This document shows positions 63,086-64,000 of a stretch of DNA of 64,000 nt, in pieces. The position numbers and the translations under genes were made by a program. The DNA is taken from the NCBI GenBank assembly GCA_964642835.1, contig CAZXQA010000001.1, positions 132,314 through 196,313 on the forward strand. The letters are read 5' to 3'. The notes under the pieces were generated by a model. The model searched no databases. It was not told the origin of the DNA and worked only from the letters and a program-made list of their open reading frames with translations. The DNA is from an uncultured Candidatus Saccharibacteria bacterium. Lineage in GTDB: Bacteria; Patescibacteriota; Minisyncoccia; Phycocordibacterales; Zambryskibacteraceae. Position 1 is the stretch's first letter. Every line of letters starts with the position of its first letter.

Positions 63086-63508
63086 ATGGAACAGCGACAT
63101 CTGAACAGTGCCATAAAGATTCTCAAAGAATTGAAATATATGACTCTTGCCACAGTCTGCGAAGATGGCTCACCTTGGAATTCTCCCGTTGCTCATTCGC
63201 CCCTTAAGGATCTCGTTTTCTACTGGGGTTCGACTGAAGATAGTATTCATTCTCAAAATATCAGAAGGGATAAACGAGTTTTTGTAGTTATATACGATTC
63301 CACCGCACCAGCAGGTATGGGCGAAGGAGTATATATGAAAGGTGAAGCAGAGCAATTAGATGAGGTTGAGGGATTGGTTCGAATGTACCGATTTGTCCCA
63401 AAACAAATCTGGGTTAATGATGCAGAGAAGGATGCTAAAGGTAATTATCTAAAGGACTTTAGAATCGAGATTGATATCGAAGAGCTTAAGAAATCTCTGA
63501 GCAAATGA
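63086..63508 (+). CDS. pyridoxamine 5'-phosphate oxidase-like FMN-binding split-barrel protein
   Basis: 140 aa. MTLATV…GSPW.SPV…VFVV pattern of PNPOx-like/general stress protein 26 family. Confidence 0.65.
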   Translation: MEQRHLNSAIKILKELKYMTLATVCEDGSPWNSPVAHSPLKDLVFYWGSTEDSIHSQNIRRDKRVFVVIYDSTAPAGMGEGVYMKGEAEQLDEVEGLVRMYRFVPKQIWVNDAEKDAKGNYLKDFRIEIDIEELKKSLSK

Positions 63509-63671
63509 CGCCAATAAATATCGAAGAGCTGTATTGTATTCTACATCCTCTGCACCGTCGGCGGCTTTGTTTTAAATTTAATAATGGATTCTTTTTAAGC
63601 TAGTAAATAACACAACTGAGTTCAATTGACTCGATTCCCATTTGGTGAATAATGGTCGTCGGAGGTATTTA

Positions 63672-64000
63672 ATGCCAGATGATTACGAGGCACCCTCGGT
63701 GGCCAGACGCCTGCACCTCGACTTGCGAGGGAAGACGAAAGAGGAGGTTCTGAAGATTCTACGGGAACACGGATACAGGGTCTCCTTGCGCCAGGAAACG
63801 GAGTATGGGAAACCCAACATCATCAATCTCGACCCGACGTCAGAGGACAAGGAGGACGTCATCTGGTGCATTCATCTCAATTGGAGAGATGCTCACAACC
63901 TCTCCATCATTACTGAAAGAGGTGATGAGCATGTCTTGCGTGGAGGCCAGAATCCCTGCTTTTGGGAGCCTGTTCCCGGCAAGCGGCCAGGAGGGTGGGG
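63672..64000 (+). CDS. hypothetical protein, 5' part (runs off window end)
   Basis: GGAGGT 5 nt upstream of ATG 63672. Open to 64000. GC-rich, no motifs. Confidence 0.4.
   Translation, partial: MPDDYEAPSVARRLHLDLRGKTKEEVLKILREHGYRVSLRQETEYGKPNIINLDPTSEDKEDVIWCIHLNWRDAHNLSIITERGDEHVLRGGQNPCFWEPVPGKRPGGW

Overview
Mosaic bacterial chromosome segment, about 75 protein genes, two tRNA-Gln genes, no rRNA and no CRISPR array. GC-rich blocks (about 1-17300 and 42480-53300) carry housekeeping genes: topA 5' end, dprA, serS, ftsQ-like, dus, dnaX, a HI0933-like flavoprotein, an ABC-F ATPase, a REC-GGDEF protein, an ECF sigma factor, ftsEX and a two-component system. AT-rich blocks (about 17380-42400 and 53670-63500) carry metG, tandem NUDIX genes, a carbamoyltransferase / nucleotidyltransferase / GT1 / PLP-decarboxylase cluster, a csoR-copA copper operon, and a prophage-like island. 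The island has a serine recombinase, a superinfection-immunity protein, a ParB-methyltransferase fusion, a KAP NTPase-DUF2188-HEPN trio, and a five-gene nucleotide-enzyme operon that includes a truncated thymidylate-synthase-like protein. Three things stand out. (1) A five-gene minus-strand operon (11353-17292) combines a PqqD-family RiPP-recognition-element protein and an HPr-kinase-like P-loop kinase with GT1, GT2 and a nucleotidyltransferase fused to a Wzx-like flippase. This is a candidate uncharacterized peptide/glycan modification system with no lasso-peptide core genes. (2) A modular intergenic repeat family derived from tRNA-Gln occurs in 11 or more copies. Each copy has the tRNA 3' end plus CCA, a hairpin, and a degenerate tRNA 5'-half-like module that carries an extended -10 promoter. 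The copies sit at gene boundaries, two contain nested genes, and one shorter copy looks like a deletion derivative of a gene-carrying copy. (3) Several candidate defense or nucleotide-modification gene sets lie in the AT-rich island. Many genes have near-leaderless starts directly downstream of TGnTATAAT boxes. All annotation is from reading the sequence and ORF translations; no database searches were run.
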